A stretch of 64,000 nucleotides of DNA from Candidatus Delongbacteria bacterium (GTDB taxonomy: Bacteria > CAIWAD01): the NCBI GenBank assembly GCA_963663545.1, contig OY760505.1, positions 3,040,001-3,104,000 on the forward strand, written 5' to 3'. The first letter of the stretch is position 1; the number at the start of each line of letters is the position of its first letter. The notes beneath the pieces were generated by a model. The model made no database searches. It was not told where the DNA came from and was given only the letters and a program-made list of their open reading frames with translations. Shown piece by piece: positions 62,842 through 64,000 of this stretch. Both the position numbers and the translations under genes were made by a program.

Positions 62842-63177
62842 CTAGTGGTCGCAGCTATTCTGGCCGGAAGCAAGACGCCCCGCGAGGAAGTCTTCAACAA
62901 GCTGTCGCGGCTGAGCCACAGGCGCTCCCACAATCACTTGAATCCCCTGACTCATCAGCAATTGCTGCGCGCGCTGGCCCATTCCTCCGGCAATGATCAC
63001 GTCCGCCTGTTGCTGGTGCAGCCAGGCAGGTAACACGCCGGGCTCGTGGGCGGGAGGCTGCAGTTCATGAACCTCGCCGATGGCGCCATTTTCATCGGTG
63101 TGAATCATGGTGAAATGCTGGCAATGGCCGAAATGGGAGCACAGCATCCCATCAGCAGTAGGAATGGCAATCTTCAA
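62842..63177 (-). CDS. NifB/NifX-family (dinitrogenase FeMo-cofactor domain) protein
   Basis: KIAIP, HFGHC, HEPGVLP, IIAGGMG.RA, CDH; TTG start after GGAGG. Confidence 0.88.
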   Translation of the reverse strand: MKIAIPTADGMLCSHFGHCQHFTMIHTDENGAIGEVHELQPPAHEPGVLPAWLHQQQADVIIAGGMGQRAQQLLMSQGIQVIVGAPVAQPRQLVEDFLAGRLASGQNSCDH

Positions 63178-64000
63178 GAGTTCCTCCGGTGGTTGTGATG
63201 CAGCAGTGCGTGTGAGCCCTGCGGCAGGCCGCTGTGGACGGCAATCAAGGGGCATTTTACTTTGAAGAGGAAGTAGATGTTTGTATCACTTCCACTCAGG
63301 CATTCGTAGTTGCCCTGACCTTTGGCCAGGACCAGATCTGCTTCGGCGTATCGTGCGCGAAAGGCTGGACTGCAGTCTTCCAGAAACGTGCCCGGTGCAT
63401 CGGATCCGTTATCGATCACTTCAACTAGATCTGTGAGACCAACAGCGCGTGCGTCTTCCAGCGTGGCATCGTTTAGTACCGGCGCGCCTCGAACGGCTAG
63501 TGTGACACGTTCCATTGGGAGCTGCTCAATCAGCAAACGATCAAAGGCGATTTCGCCCGCGTTGTCCGCCAGGTAGAGAATGCGTTTGGCCTTTTGAACG
63601 TCCGCCCACAGGGCCTTGGGGTTGCCATGGAAATCGTGCGTGCTTGCAAGTGACACAATGGCTTCCACGTCTTCGGGTGTGATGTGATGGAACACGCCTA
63701 GATCAATCACATTGCCGATGATGGCCAGGTACAATGCTTCTTCAAAGGGGTTTGCCGATTCGCGTACTCGCTTCTGCAACAGTGGAAACACTTTTACAGC
63801 CATGCGATTGAAACGCTCTTTGATTCTGGCGTAGGGGTCGGCCTCGTTCAGCGTTTCTCGCATCAGCCGATGTACGCGCTGCGCAAGTGCCGGAGGCGGG
63901 TACTTCAGGTCCTGCTCTGTCAGCAACAGCATCACCTTGCGCAGCAGCACATCTTGCTTCGAATTAGGTGTATCACACAGCCGGGCAGCCTCTAGCGTCT
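63174..64000 (-). CDS. DUF89/ARMT1-like damage-control phosphatase (5' truncated by window edge)
   Basis: DPY, GNVID, LADNAGE..FD, P.LNDAT, AKGQGNYE, FKVKC. Confidence 0.9.
   Translation of the reverse strand, partial: TLEAARLCDTPNSKQDVLLRKVMLLLTEQDLKYPPPALAQRVHRLMRETLNEADPYARIKERFNRMAVKVFPLLQKRVRESANPFEEALYLAIIGNVIDLGVFHHITPEDVEAIVSLASTHDFHGNPKALWADVQKAKRILYLADNAGEIAFDRLLIEQLPMERVTLAVRGAPVLNDATLEDARAVGLTDLVEVIDNGSDAPGTFLEDCSPAFRARYAEADLVLAKGQGNYECLSGSDTNIYFLFKVKCPLIAVHSGLPQGSHALLHHNHRRNS

Noticed and set aside
62842..63177. Nitrogen fixation locus
   Set aside because: NifB/NifX-domain proteins are widespread in non-diazotrophs and no nif structural genes are present

Overview
GC-rich bacterial chromosomal window, mostly core genes. 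FlgD/T9SS-type C-terminal sorting domains suggest an FCB-group lineage (inference). Layout: accessory secreted and membrane genes (1-11.1 kb); str-S10-spc-alpha ribosomal superoperon lacking rpsD (11.6-30.4 kb); small ORF-rarA-rlmH-thyX; a reduced dcw cluster with an inserted STAS-like gene and two tandem ftsA paralogs (35.5-47.5 kb); a palindromic 113-114 bp repeat array next to tRNA-Arg(CCT); rimP-nusA-L7Ae-infB-rbfA-truB-ribF-rpsO-pnp; a large secreted mosaic protein; NifX-like and DUF89 genes. Two main findings: (1) a probable unannotated selenoprotein at 30487-30774, with an in-frame TGA in a U-G-C motif followed by a SECIS-like hairpin; (2) a strongly over-represented, strand-unbiased heptamer GTGATAC/GTATCAC (about 83 copies by hand count). 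The heptamer sits inside coding genes, forms inverted pairs in intergenic regions and was not seen in 11.8 kb of the ribosomal operon, resembling a DNA-uptake or HIP1-type genome signature. All calls come from reading the sequence; no searches were run.
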